Part shown: piece after piece, positions 24,349 to 32,000 of the stretch | Layout: each line of letters starts with the position of its first letter | Numbering within the stretch: the stretch's first letter is position 1 | Origin: Candidatus Korarchaeum cryptofilum OPF8 | GTDB taxonomy: Archaea; Korarchaeota; Korarchaeia; Korarchaeales; Korarchaeaceae | Direction: 5' to 3' | Length of the DNA: 32,000 bases | NCBI RefSeq assembly: GCF_000019605.1 | Contig: NC_010482.1 | Location: forward strand, 1,260,001-1,292,000 | Notes under the pieces: generated by a model | The model's database searches: none | Told to the model about the DNA's origin: nothing | Seen by the model: only the letters and a program-made list of their open reading frames with translations | Made by a program: the position numbers and the translations under genes

Positions 24349-25686
24349 TTGGAGCTCAGGGAGGCTATCGATAATCTTCTTGAGAGGAAATTGATAGAGG
24401 TAGTAGAGGATCCTGTATCCGTTGAATATGAAGCGGCATCCTACTTGATCAAGTATGACGGCAAAAAGGCCCTGTTATTCAAGAGACCAGTGCTAGCTGA
24501 TGGGAGGGAGTCCATCTTCAAGATCTTTGGGGGGTTCGCCACCTCTAGGGATGTTTTGGCTGCTTCCATGGGATTAAAATCGGTAAATGAGCTTAGGAAG
24601 AAGGTAAGAGAGTCCTTAAGAGATCCTGGAAGGGAGCCTGTAGAATCCCATCCTGAGTGGAGAAGGGCTAAGTTGAGTTTGAAGGATCTCCCGATACTGA
24701 GGCATTATACTGGGGAGCCGGGCCCCTATATGACGGCATCTATCGTCATCTTCAGGGATGAAGGAAAGTTCTCATCTTCCTACCATAGGATGCTCCCTAT
24801 TTCAGAGAATAAGCTCGTTTTGAGAGCTGTAGAGGGGAGGAAACTTAGTAGGACCATTGAGAAATACTCGAGATCCGGGAAGAGTCTTGAAGTAGCTGTC
24901 TCCATAGGAAATCCTGTTGAGGTATTGATAGCATCTGCTGTACCAGCTGAGGATAGGGATAAGCTATCATTAGCCAGTGGGATATCAGGAGAGCCATTAG
25001 AAATATCTAAATGTGAAGATCTGGATGCTTGGGCACCTTCAAAGGCAGAATTAGTTATTTGTGGGAGGATAGAGCCCGGTGAGCTCGCTCCCGAGGGCCC
25101 CTTCTATGAGATACTTGGGAAGGATATAGTGAGGATGCAACCCGTCCTCACGGTCGATTCGATCTACGTAAGGGAGAGCCCCATATATCAGGCGATTCTC
25201 CCGGCAGGGATGGAGCACCAAATTTTGATGGGTCTTCCTGTCGAACCACTCATTGAGGAGAGGGTTTCTGAAGTCGCTGAAGTTGTAGATGTGGCTATGA
25301 CGCCTGCTGGAGCTGGCTGGGTGGAGGTAGCGATCTCCATAAGGAAGACGCATGATGATCAACCGGCCCTAGCAGGCATCATGGCAATATCCGCTCATAA
25401 AAGCCTGAAGAGGGTAATAGTAGTTGATGATGATGTGGATGTCACGAATTACATTGAAGTGATGAGAGCTGTAGTTCAGAGGGCGCACATACCGGAGGAT
25501 TATAAGATGATAAGCGGTGTACGGGGCTCATCCTTGGATCATAGCAATCTGAGGGAGATATATTTGGATGGGGAGAAGAGGATCTTGAGGCTTCCCCAGG
25601 GGAAGATGATAATAGACGCCACTGTGAAGGGGCCGAGAGATCTCACTGAGATCCCTAGGAACCCTCTCGTCGGGAGTAATCGTTAA
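24349..25686 (+). CDS. UbiD-family (prFMN-dependent) decarboxylase
   Basis: The N-terminal ELREAIDNLLERKLIEV pattern, PGPYMTASIVI and EGPFYE are UbiD-like. 445 aa. TTG start is required because the next ATG is about 70 codons in. Confidence 0.85.
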   Translation: MELREAIDNLLERKLIEVVEDPVSVEYEAASYLIKYDGKKALLFKRPVLADGRESIFKIFGGFATSRDVLAASMGLKSVNELRKKVRESLRDPGREPVESHPEWRRAKLSLKDLPILRHYTGEPGPYMTASIVIFRDEGKFSSSYHRMLPISENKLVLRAVEGRKLSRTIEKYSRSGKSLEVAVSIGNPVEVLIASAVPAEDRDKLSLASGISGEPLEISKCEDLDAWAPSKAELVICGRIEPGELAPEGPFYEILGKDIVRMQPVLTVDSIYVRESPIYQAILPAGMEHQILMGLPVEPLIEERVSEVAEVVDVAMTPAGAGWVEVAISIRKTHDDQPALAGIMAISAHKSLKRVIVVDDDVDVTNYIEVMRAVVQRAHIPEDYKMISGVRGSSLDHSNLREIYLDGEKRILRLPQGKMIIDATVKGPRDLTEIPRNPLVGSNR

Positions 25687-25722
25687 ATATCTTTATCATT
25701 GGATCTCACATGGAAGTGAGGG

Positions 25723-26817
25723 ATGCTCAAGGCCATCACGGGAATGGTGAAGACCGACGTCCACGATCACTATCTCTATAAGATAAAGATGGGGGAACTC
25801 GAATCTCTGCTCGATGCTCTGGGCTATAGGATCGTGGAGAGGATAATACAGGTCAGGGAGAAAGAATCTGTCGACTTCGTATTTGGGAAGGGAAAGATAG
25901 ATGAGATAAAAGATAGAGTGAGGAAATTGGATCCCGATGTGTTCGTCCTGTATAACAACATAACTAGCAAACAGAAGTGGAACCTCGAGAGGGCCCTGGG
26001 AGTTGAGGTAATCGATAGATATGATGTAACTCTCATGATATTCAGGGAAGCAGCTAGTGACATCTTATCCAAACTACAGATAGAACTCGCATCGCTCGAG
26101 AAGCATTTTCCATACGTTAAACTTTCAGCTTCAATAAAATACAAGAGAATGAAGGCTGGTTTCAAGGGAGGAGGAGAGTACGCGTACCATAAGCAGATAA
26201 GGGCTATGCAGAAGAGGATCAAGATACTGAATGATAAGATAGAGAAGCTAAGTAGACAAAAAGAGTTGGAAATCCTGAAGAGAATAGATGATGGAGCCAA
26301 AATAGCGGTTCTCACAGGTTATTATAATGCCGGGAAGACCAGCATCTTCAACGCCCTCACAGGGTTCAATAAGCCTGTGAGTGATAAGCCTTTCACCACG
26401 TTATCGAGCAAATATGCCGGGATCGAGGGGGAAAAGGTATACTTAGTTGACACAATAGGCTTCGTGATAGACCTAGATCCGAGGCTAATTGCTTCATTTA
26501 AGCTCAACCTTCTTGACATAAAATATTCTAATAAGCAGATTCTAGTTATAGATATATCTGATAGAGACGAATTGTTGAAGATAAAATTGAAGGAAGATCT
26601 GAGGATACTGAAGGAGCTGGGGAAGAGGGAGGAGAGCATGATAATAGCTGCCAATAAGGCTGATCTCGTGGGAGATTCTGACATGAGAAGGAAGGAGGAA
26701 TTAATAGTGGATATAGCTGGCAAGGATGTACCATTGATACCCGTTTCCACTGTAGATGGTAGAGGATTGAGGGAGTTAGTGCGGACAATGATGGAGGAGC
26801 TCGAGCTCATCAGATAG
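25723..26817 (+). CDS. hflX: GTPase HflX
   Basis: HflX N-terminal domain (GKGKIDEI, NLERALGVEVIDRYDVTLMIF, LQIELASLE). G1 is GYYNAGKTS, G3 is DTIGF and G4 is NKADL. Confidence 0.9.
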   Translation: MLKAITGMVKTDVHDHYLYKIKMGELESLLDALGYRIVERIIQVREKESVDFVFGKGKIDEIKDRVRKLDPDVFVLYNNITSKQKWNLERALGVEVIDRYDVTLMIFREAASDILSKLQIELASLEKHFPYVKLSASIKYKRMKAGFKGGGEYAYHKQIRAMQKRIKILNDKIEKLSRQKELEILKRIDDGAKIAVLTGYYNAGKTSIFNALTGFNKPVSDKPFTTLSSKYAGIEGEKVYLVDTIGFVIDLDPRLIASFKLNLLDIKYSNKQILVIDISDRDELLKIKLKEDLRILKELGKREESMIIAANKADLVGDSDMRRKEELIVDIAGKDVPLIPVSTVDGRGLRELVRTMMEELELIR

Positions 26818-26869
26818 TTGCATAAAAGAAAACTTTTTATTTTTGAAATATTCAGGTCCCGGGGTTCTC

Positions 26870-27421
26870 ATGAGCTACGTGAGATACATCTCCACTTCAG
26901 CATTGCTCGGGGCTTTAGGAAATATTTTAGCAATAGTATCGATGTTTTTGGGTAATATTCATCCACAGATAGCGATCGATATGTCTCATGTTGCCACAGT
27001 CATCGGTGCTTACATACTCGGGCCCTTCTGGGCAGCACTCGTCGGCTTACTCATCTCAATAGTGCCTTTCATTAGGTTCGGAATCATGGGGAGTCTGGGA
27101 CCTCTCATCGGATCCCTCATATTCCCAGGGAAGGCGATGACTGGCCTCTTCACTGGGTTCCTAGCTAGGAGGATTAGGAGACCTATCATAGCCTTAACAT
27201 TAGGATACGTACCTGAGAGTCTCTTCACATGGGCTACATTCAAATTGTGGATACCTATTTTCGCTCCTCAGATAGCGGGCTGGCTGACTGATGCTGTGAT
27301 ATACGGAATCCTCGTTAAGGCGTGGTTTGAGATATTATTCATAGGAGCGATCTCGGAGCTTATCATTCCCAGAGTAAAAGGCATGATACCCTATGGCCTT
27401 CTGGACAAGCCTGGCCACTAG
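26870..27421 (+). CDS. Small integral membrane protein (5-6 TM), possibly transporter S-component-like
   Basis: Hydrophobic throughout. ATG at 26870 is preferred over TTG at 26843 because the T/A-rich AAAACTTTTTATTTTT lies about 25-35 nt upstream. No catalytic motif. Confidence 0.55.
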   Translation: MSYVRYISTSALLGALGNILAIVSMFLGNIHPQIAIDMSHVATVIGAYILGPFWAALVGLLISIVPFIRFGIMGSLGPLIGSLIFPGKAMTGLFTGFLARRIRRPIIALTLGYVPESLFTWATFKLWIPIFAPQIAGWLTDAVIYGILVKAWFEILFIGAISELIIPRVKGMIPYGLLDKPGH

Positions 27422-28219
27422 GAAGGCGTCCGATCTGACCCCTGGACATGGAGCAAATTCAACGAAATCCATGCATCTCACATCGCTGAGCTCTACTACT
27501 TTCTTTATTATCTTCAGGACCTGTCCGTAGCTAAGCCCCCCTGGTTCCGGGTTCCCGACGCAGGGTACTTGGGGAGGATCCAATACATCCACATCGACGC
27601 TCAAGTAGACTCTTTTTCCCCTTATTCCATTTAAGATCTCCAAATTTTCCTCCATTCTCTCTGAAAATATTATATTAACAGAGCCGATTTTATCAAGGTT
27701 TTTACCTTCATCGAAGTCCATCGCCCTCACTCCTATCAGGATTATATCCCCCACGAGCTCGCTCATCCTCTTGCACACCGTGGCGTGTGAGATCTTATTT
27801 CCCTCGTATTCATCATAGAAATCGGGATGCGCGTCTAATACTACGATAGCATCGATTTCGTGATTTAACGCCCTCAAGGCTGGAAATGATATCGTGTGCT
27901 CCCCGCCTAGAAGTATCGGTATCTTCCCATCTCCCCTCAATCTTCTAACAGTAGTTTCTACGATATCCATCATTGAGCTAACTGACTTCCCAAGGACGGG
28001 GAGCTCAAAAATTGTATGAATTCCCATATCATTCACGAACGCTCTGAGCTCTATGTCGTATGGATCCATGTACCTAGATGCCTCAATTATCGCCATGGGC
28101 CCGAACCTAGTTCCTCTAGCCCAGCTCTCCGTTGAGTCATAAGGTACGGCCACTACAACATATTTGGACTCCTCGTATGGGTCCCTCAACGCGAGGAAGG
28201 AGAAGGGCACTGAGCTCAT
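27335..28219 (-). CDS. speB: Agmatinase (ureohydrolase family)
   Basis: Mn-binding motifs GGEHTIS, VVLDAHPDF and YLSVDVDVLDP. 294 aa. Confidence 0.9.
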   Translation of the reverse strand: MSSVPFSFLALRDPYEESKYVVVAVPYDSTESWARGTRFGPMAIIEASRYMDPYDIELRAFVNDMGIHTIFELPVLGKSVSSMMDIVETTVRRLRGDGKIPILLGGEHTISFPALRALNHEIDAIVVLDAHPDFYDEYEGNKISHATVCKRMSELVGDIILIGVRAMDFDEGKNLDKIGSVNIIFSERMEENLEILNGIRGKRVYLSVDVDVLDPPQVPCVGNPEPGGLSYGQVLKIIKKVVELSDVRCMDFVEFAPCPGVRSDAFLVARLVQKAIGYHAFYSGNDKLRDRSYE

Positions 28220-28448
28220 CGCTACACTGAGAGGGGCTTTGATAAATCCCTTTCGATATTTTTCAGGAAATTACTGAATAACTCACTCATCTCCAGAAAA
28301 ATTATTTTTTGATAGTTATAAAGTTAATATGATTTTAATCCACTCTCGTGATCTCTCAATGTTCATTAGTACGTATGCTAGCGGGATCAATGTTTTTATA
28401 TGATGACACCCGTAGAAGTTAGCTGAGTACATTGCAGCGCCATGCGAG

Positions 28449-28712
28449 GTGATCAGTATGGTGGCTAGGAGAGTTGGTGTTCCAATGACTGACCGAATCC
28501 TTGAGTTCCTAGATGAGAAAAGGCCCGGCCTGAGGGCAAATGTATGGAAGATCTACTACCCGATGAGGGATGAGCACCCGATAGAGGTGAGTGTCAAGCC
28601 AGGGGCTCTTGCAGGTGAGACCCTCCAGCTTCAATTCGAGAACAGGAAGCTGATAGTGAAGGAGGAAGTGGTCGAGAGGAGACCCGCTAGGGGTGGCGCG
28701 GGAGCCTACTGA
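28449..28712 (+). CDS. Hypothetical small protein (75-87 aa, basic Gly/Arg C-terminus)
   Basis: Codon pattern looks coding (GAG/AAG/AGG rich). Start is ambiguous: GTG at 28449, ATG at 28458 or ATG at 28485. TATA-like TTTTTATAT at 28393-28401. No family recognised. Confidence 0.45.
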   Translation: MISMVARRVGVPMTDRILEFLDEKRPGLRANVWKIYYPMRDEHPIEVSVKPGALAGETLQLQFENRKLIVKEEVVERRPARGGAGAY

Positions 28713-28732
28713 CCCCTTAATTTCTCATTTTG

Positions 28733-28747
28733 TTTTATAAATATATT
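28733..28747 (+). promoter_or_regulatory. TATA-box-like element for porDAB
   Basis: TTTTATAAATATATT lies about 45-55 nt upstream of the porD start (GTG at 28789 or ATG at 28798). Confidence 0.45.
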
Positions 28748-28788
28748 GATGATCAAATTTATTTACCTGCTCGTCCGTTAATTTATCG

Positions 28789-29067
28789 GTGCATCCGATG
28801 GGGTTCGAGGTTCCCATAGTGCTCCCTATATCGAAGCCCAGAAAGGGCTCTTCTGGGGAAACGGGTCTGTGGAGGGTTGAGAGGCCCATCATAAATGAAA
28901 GTAAATGCATTAAATGTTGGCTCTGTTGGTTATATTGTCCTGAGGAGGTCATTTCCGAGGGAGAGAATGGCTTTCCAGTGATAGATCTTTCTTACTGTAA
29001 GGGCTGTGGTGTTTGCGCCGATGTCTGCCCAGCTAAGGCCATAGAGATGGTGAGGGAGTATGGTTGA
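28789..29067 (+). CDS. porD: Pyruvate/2-ketoisovalerate:ferredoxin oxidoreductase delta subunit
   Basis: WRVERPIINESKCIKCWLCWLYCPE and CKGCGVCADVCP are the two 4Fe-4S motifs, with the typical PorD N-terminal segment. Confidence 0.88.
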   Translation: MHPMGFEVPIVLPISKPRKGSSGETGLWRVERPIINESKCIKCWLCWLYCPEEVISEGENGFPVIDLSYCKGCGVCADVCPAKAIEMVREYG

Positions 29068-30286
29068 AGGTGAGTGGAATATAATAACTGGGAACCATGC
29101 CGCAGCTCTCGCAGCAAAACTTGCTAGGGTCAATGTAGTTGCCGCATATCCGATAACTCCTCAGACAACAGTCGTCGAGTATCTAGCTTCTTTCATAGAA
29201 TCCGGTTATATGAACGCTGAATACATAAGGGTCGAGAGTGAGCACAGTGCGATGGCAGCCGTCATAGGAGCTGCGGCCGCAGGCGCTAGGACTTTCACGG
29301 CCACATCAAGCCAGGGGCTCGTCTACATGTCGGAGGTACTTCACTGGGCCGCGGGTTCCAGGACGCCGATTGGCATGGCTGTGATAAACAGAGCTTTAGG
29401 ACCTCCTTGGAACATCCATGTGGACCATCAGGACTCAATGTCCCAGAGGGATACGGGATGGATGCAGATATATGTTTCCTCGAATCAAGAGGTTCTAGAT
29501 ACTATATTAATGATGTACAAAGTGGCAGAGCATCCCGATGTGATGCTCCCCTTCATGGTATGCTTGGACGCCTTCGTCCTAAGTCACACTTTCATGCCAG
29601 TTAATGTGCCAAGGCAGGAGGATGTCGATGAGTTCCTTCCACCTTTCAGACCGGCTTGGATTCTAGATCCATCCGATCCTATAAGTTTTGGAAGCCTAGT
29701 TCTCCCGGATGAGGAATATCAAGAGATGAGGTGGTCCATGGATCTCTCAATGAGAAGGGCACTCGAAGTGATGGAGGACGTAGCTGAGGAATTCAATGAG
29801 AAGTTTGGAAGGTACCATGGAGCTGCTGTCATGAAGTACAAGATGAACGATGCCGACTATGTGATATTGACATCGGCAACGCTAGCCTCTGAGGCGGAAG
29901 TTGCTGTAGATATCATGAGAGATGAGGGGATAAGCGTAGGCCTTCTGAAGCTTAGGTCGTTCAGGCCATTCCCGCACCGCGATATCAAGGAGAACCTGCA
30001 GGGTAAGAAGGGAGTGGTAGTTATTGATAGGAGCATATCCTTCAGTTCGGGTGGACCCATTGGGACTGAAGTGAGATCCTCTCTCTACGATTTGAGCGGG
30101 GCTCCTCCGGTAGTGAATTATATAAGCGGCCTTGGAGGCAGGGATCTCACTTACAAAGATGTGATCGCGATGTTCAAGGATGCAGTCAGTAGGATAGCTT
30201 CTGGTAGAGTGAGGAAGCCGTATTACTGGTACAAATTGAAGCCGGAGTATCAGAGGATTGAGCTAGCTGAGGAGGTGGTGATATGA
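29060..30286 (+). CDS. porA: Pyruvate/2-ketoisovalerate:ferredoxin oxidoreductase alpha subunit
   Basis: AYPITPQT motif. 408 aa. Overlaps porD by 8 nt. Confidence 0.9.
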   Translation: MVEGEWNIITGNHAAALAAKLARVNVVAAYPITPQTTVVEYLASFIESGYMNAEYIRVESEHSAMAAVIGAAAAGARTFTATSSQGLVYMSEVLHWAAGSRTPIGMAVINRALGPPWNIHVDHQDSMSQRDTGWMQIYVSSNQEVLDTILMMYKVAEHPDVMLPFMVCLDAFVLSHTFMPVNVPRQEDVDEFLPPFRPAWILDPSDPISFGSLVLPDEEYQEMRWSMDLSMRRALEVMEDVAEEFNEKFGRYHGAAVMKYKMNDADYVILTSATLASEAEVAVDIMRDEGISVGLLKLRSFRPFPHRDIKENLQGKKGVVVIDRSISFSSGGPIGTEVRSSLYDLSGAPPVVNYISGLGGRDLTYKDVIAMFKDAVSRIASGRVRKPYYWYKLKPEYQRIELAEEVVI

Positions 30287-31170
30287 GCCTCACGATACAT
30301 GAGCTCAGGAAGAGGAGCAGCTCCTACCTCCCGGGTTCAGCTGCATGCCCTGGATGCGGGGCTACTATAGCTTTCAGGATAGCCTCAAGGGTTCTGGGGC
30401 CCAATACAGTATATGTGATCCCCGCATGTTGTTCCAGCATAATACAGTCGCCTTACCCCAGAAGCGCATTCTCAGCCCCCATCCTCAACTTCGCCTTCGC
30501 AGCGGCTGCGGCAGCGGCTTCAGGAGTTTATAGAGCATATAAATTCCAAGGGAAGGATGTGAATGTGGTAGTCTGGGCTGGCGATGGGGGTACAGTTGAT
30601 ATAGGGATACAGGCCCTATCTGGGGCAGCCGAGAGGGGAGAGGACATAATTTACATCTGTTACGATAACGAGGCCTACATGAATACGGGAATACAGAGAT
30701 CTGGAGCCACACCCTGGGGAGCTGTGACTAAGACTACGCCTACGGGCAAGAGGGAGATGCCGAAGGACATGCCCATGATAGTCGCTGCCCATGGAGTGCC
30801 CTACGTCGCTACTGCGAGTGTTGGCTATCCATTTGACCTTGCAAACAAGTTGGAGAAGGCGAAGAAGATAAGGGGATTCAAGTACATTCATATACTCTCT
30901 CCATGTCCTCCTGGATGGGATTTTCCGGTCGAGAAGACAGCTGAGCTTGGAAAGCTTGCTGTGGATACATATTTCTGGCCCCTTTATGAGATAGAGAATG
31001 GGAAGCTGAGGATAACGGTAAAGCCTAGGAAGAGGCCTATTAAGGACTTCCTCGCTATGCAGGAAAGGTTTAAGTCATTAAAGGATGAGGATATCGAGGA
31101 GTTGGAGAGGAGGATCACTGAGAAGTGGAACTTTCTACTTCAGCTTGAGGGACTCGAGAAGATCTTCTAA
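30283..31170 (+). CDS. porB: Pyruvate/2-ketoisovalerate:ferredoxin oxidoreductase beta (TPP) subunit
   Basis: Has CPGCG and GDGGTVDIG TPP motifs. 295 aa. Has a 4-nt overlap with porA. Confidence 0.9.
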   Translation: MSLTIHELRKRSSSYLPGSAACPGCGATIAFRIASRVLGPNTVYVIPACCSSIIQSPYPRSAFSAPILNFAFAAAAAAASGVYRAYKFQGKDVNVVVWAGDGGTVDIGIQALSGAAERGEDIIYICYDNEAYMNTGIQRSGATPWGAVTKTTPTGKREMPKDMPMIVAAHGVPYVATASVGYPFDLANKLEKAKKIRGFKYIHILSPCPPGWDFPVEKTAELGKLAVDTYFWPLYEIENGKLRITVKPRKRPIKDFLAMQERFKSLKDEDIEELERRITEKWNFLLQLEGLEKIF

Positions 31171-32000
31171 CTCCTTTTTTAATTGATAGGAGAGTCGATA
31201 TTATCAGAGCTAATCCCAAGGCCTCAGTCAGGACTCCCAGTACCGTCAAGTAGATCGCTAGAGTTGCGCTATCCTCCGATCCATCCTCGAGGATCTTAGC
31301 GGCAATTCCTGCGAATGGATTGAACCAGGAAGTCTGTTTCACATAACTCCAAGCCGTCCTCGTGAGGGAAGACCTTTGAACGCTCTCCGAGATTATCATA
31401 CCATAGGATCTGAAGAAATCCGAGACATTCTCCCCAGCTGCTCTGTTCAGGTACTTTAAAAGGTCCTCGGGTGAATTGACCGTTGCCTTATCCTTCCTCA
31501 TCTCGGCGAAGAGCTTCTTATATATATCATCTCCGTACTTCCTGGCGAGATCTTTAGCTATTATCAAGCTAGCGGAGTAGTAGAGGGAAGGATCCCCGGG
31601 CAACCCTCCTCCTCTCCAATCTAACAGGAAGCTGAAATCTCCTCCCGTATAAGCCATTATCTGCCTCACAGTATCGTTATCTGGCTCCTCAGGGGGGTTC
31701 ATTCCCATCTCCCTCACTATCACAGAGCTGAGGTATTGCGCTAATCCCTCATGGAACCACCTCAACTCCACGCCCAAGCCAGCGGCTTGCATATATTGGT
31801 GGAGGAGCTCGTGTATCAACGTGAGGGGAAGCTCGTACTCCGGCATCCTAGCGAGCATCATATTGAGATTCACTTCACCCTGAGTTATCACGTCCGATGT
31901 ATAGCGAGGTCCAGTGTATCCTTGCGTCGTTATGTCCTCCATCTTCTCCGGGACGAAGAGGTTAACCTTTACCGGTATCTCCTCCCTCAGAGAGGTTATA
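31115..32000 (-). CDS. Membrane-anchored gluzincin-like metallopeptidase (HExxH...E); 5' end runs off the window
   Basis: IHELLHQYMQ followed by WFHEGLAQY resembles the M1-type HExxH-Xn-E zinc site. C-terminal TM segment LGLALIISTLLSI is followed by a basic tail. The frame stays open upstream of the ATG at 31942 to the window edge. Confidence 0.65.
   Translation of the reverse strand, partial: ITSLREEIPVKVNLFVPEKMEDITTQGYTGPRYTSDVITQGEVNLNMMLARMPEYELPLTLIHELLHQYMQAAGLGVELRWFHEGLAQYLSSVIVREMGMNPPEEPDNDTVRQIMAYTGGDFSFLLDWRGGGLPGDPSLYYSASLIIAKDLARKYGDDIYKKLFAEMRKDKATVNSPEDLLKYLNRAAGENVSDFFRSYGMIISESVQRSSLTRTAWSYVKQTSWFNPFAGIAAKILEDGSEDSATLAIYLTVLGVLTEALGLALIISTLLSIKKGVRRSSRVPQAEVESSTSQ

Noticed and set aside
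28400-28426. ATGATGA followed 16 nt later by CTGA, considered as a box C/D sRNA.
   Set aside because: The spacing is too short for a guide-D'-C'-guide layout and there is no flanking terminal stem. The ATGATGA overlaps a TTTTTATAT element better read as the promoter of the downstream small ORF.
28220-28448. The longest intergenic spacer (about 230 bp, AT-rich, between divergent speB and the 87-aa ORF), considered as a replication origin or ncRNA locus. It contains a direct repeat TCAATGTT (about 28357 and about 28387) and a single TCCAGAAAAA resembling part of an ORB element.
   Set aside because: There are no repeated ORB or mini-ORB elements, no inverted ORB pair and no orc1/cdc6 nearby. 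Two divergent promoters, with TATA-like sequences at each end, are enough to explain the AT richness.
1-32000. Whole-window scan for CRISPR repeats, rRNA, transposases, integrases, IS termini and long direct or inverted repeats.
   Set aside because: None was seen. The only notable repeat is the 27-nt identity between the two tRNA genes, which conserved tRNA structure largely explains.

Overview
This is a gene-dense archaeal chromosomal window of about 40 ORFs with short or overlapping junctions, purine-rich coding strands, AGG/AGA/ATA codon bias and frequent TTG/GTG starts. A crenactin gene, a multi-OB RPA with a zinc ribbon and a short XPF together suggest a Korarchaeota- or Thermoproteota-like hyperthermophile; this is inference only.

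Most of the content is housekeeping:
- Two 2-oxoacid:ferredoxin oxidoreductase clusters: korABDG-like at 3.3-6.2 kb, and porDAB without a gamma gene at 28.8-31.2 kb.
- CoA, isoprenoid and polyamine genes: PPAT, GGPP synthase, UbiD-family decarboxylase and agmatinase.
- AsnRS, HflX, RtcA, a Clp1-type RNA kinase, Ogt, a rhomboid protease, glycerate 2-kinase and an M42 peptidase.
- Two tRNAs: an intron-containing tRNA(CAU) and tRNA-Pro(CGG).

The items worth a second look are:
1. The crenactin gene sits in a non-arcadin context and overlaps ogt.
2. Two intergenic RNAs have the same box C/D kink-turn geometry and TATA-like elements upstream.
3. A 1.4-kb segment between two convergent tRNA genes carries a 5'-truncated permease and a vapBC pair that seems to depend on the tRNA-Pro promoter.
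4. A TRAM-TrmB operon ends in two orphan ORFs.
5. The por cluster lacks a gamma subunit and is preceded by an orphan 87-aa ORF.

I found no CRISPR array, rRNA, transposase or integrase. I cannot point to a clear novel multi-gene system; the candidates are hypotheses that need homology, structure and transcript checks.
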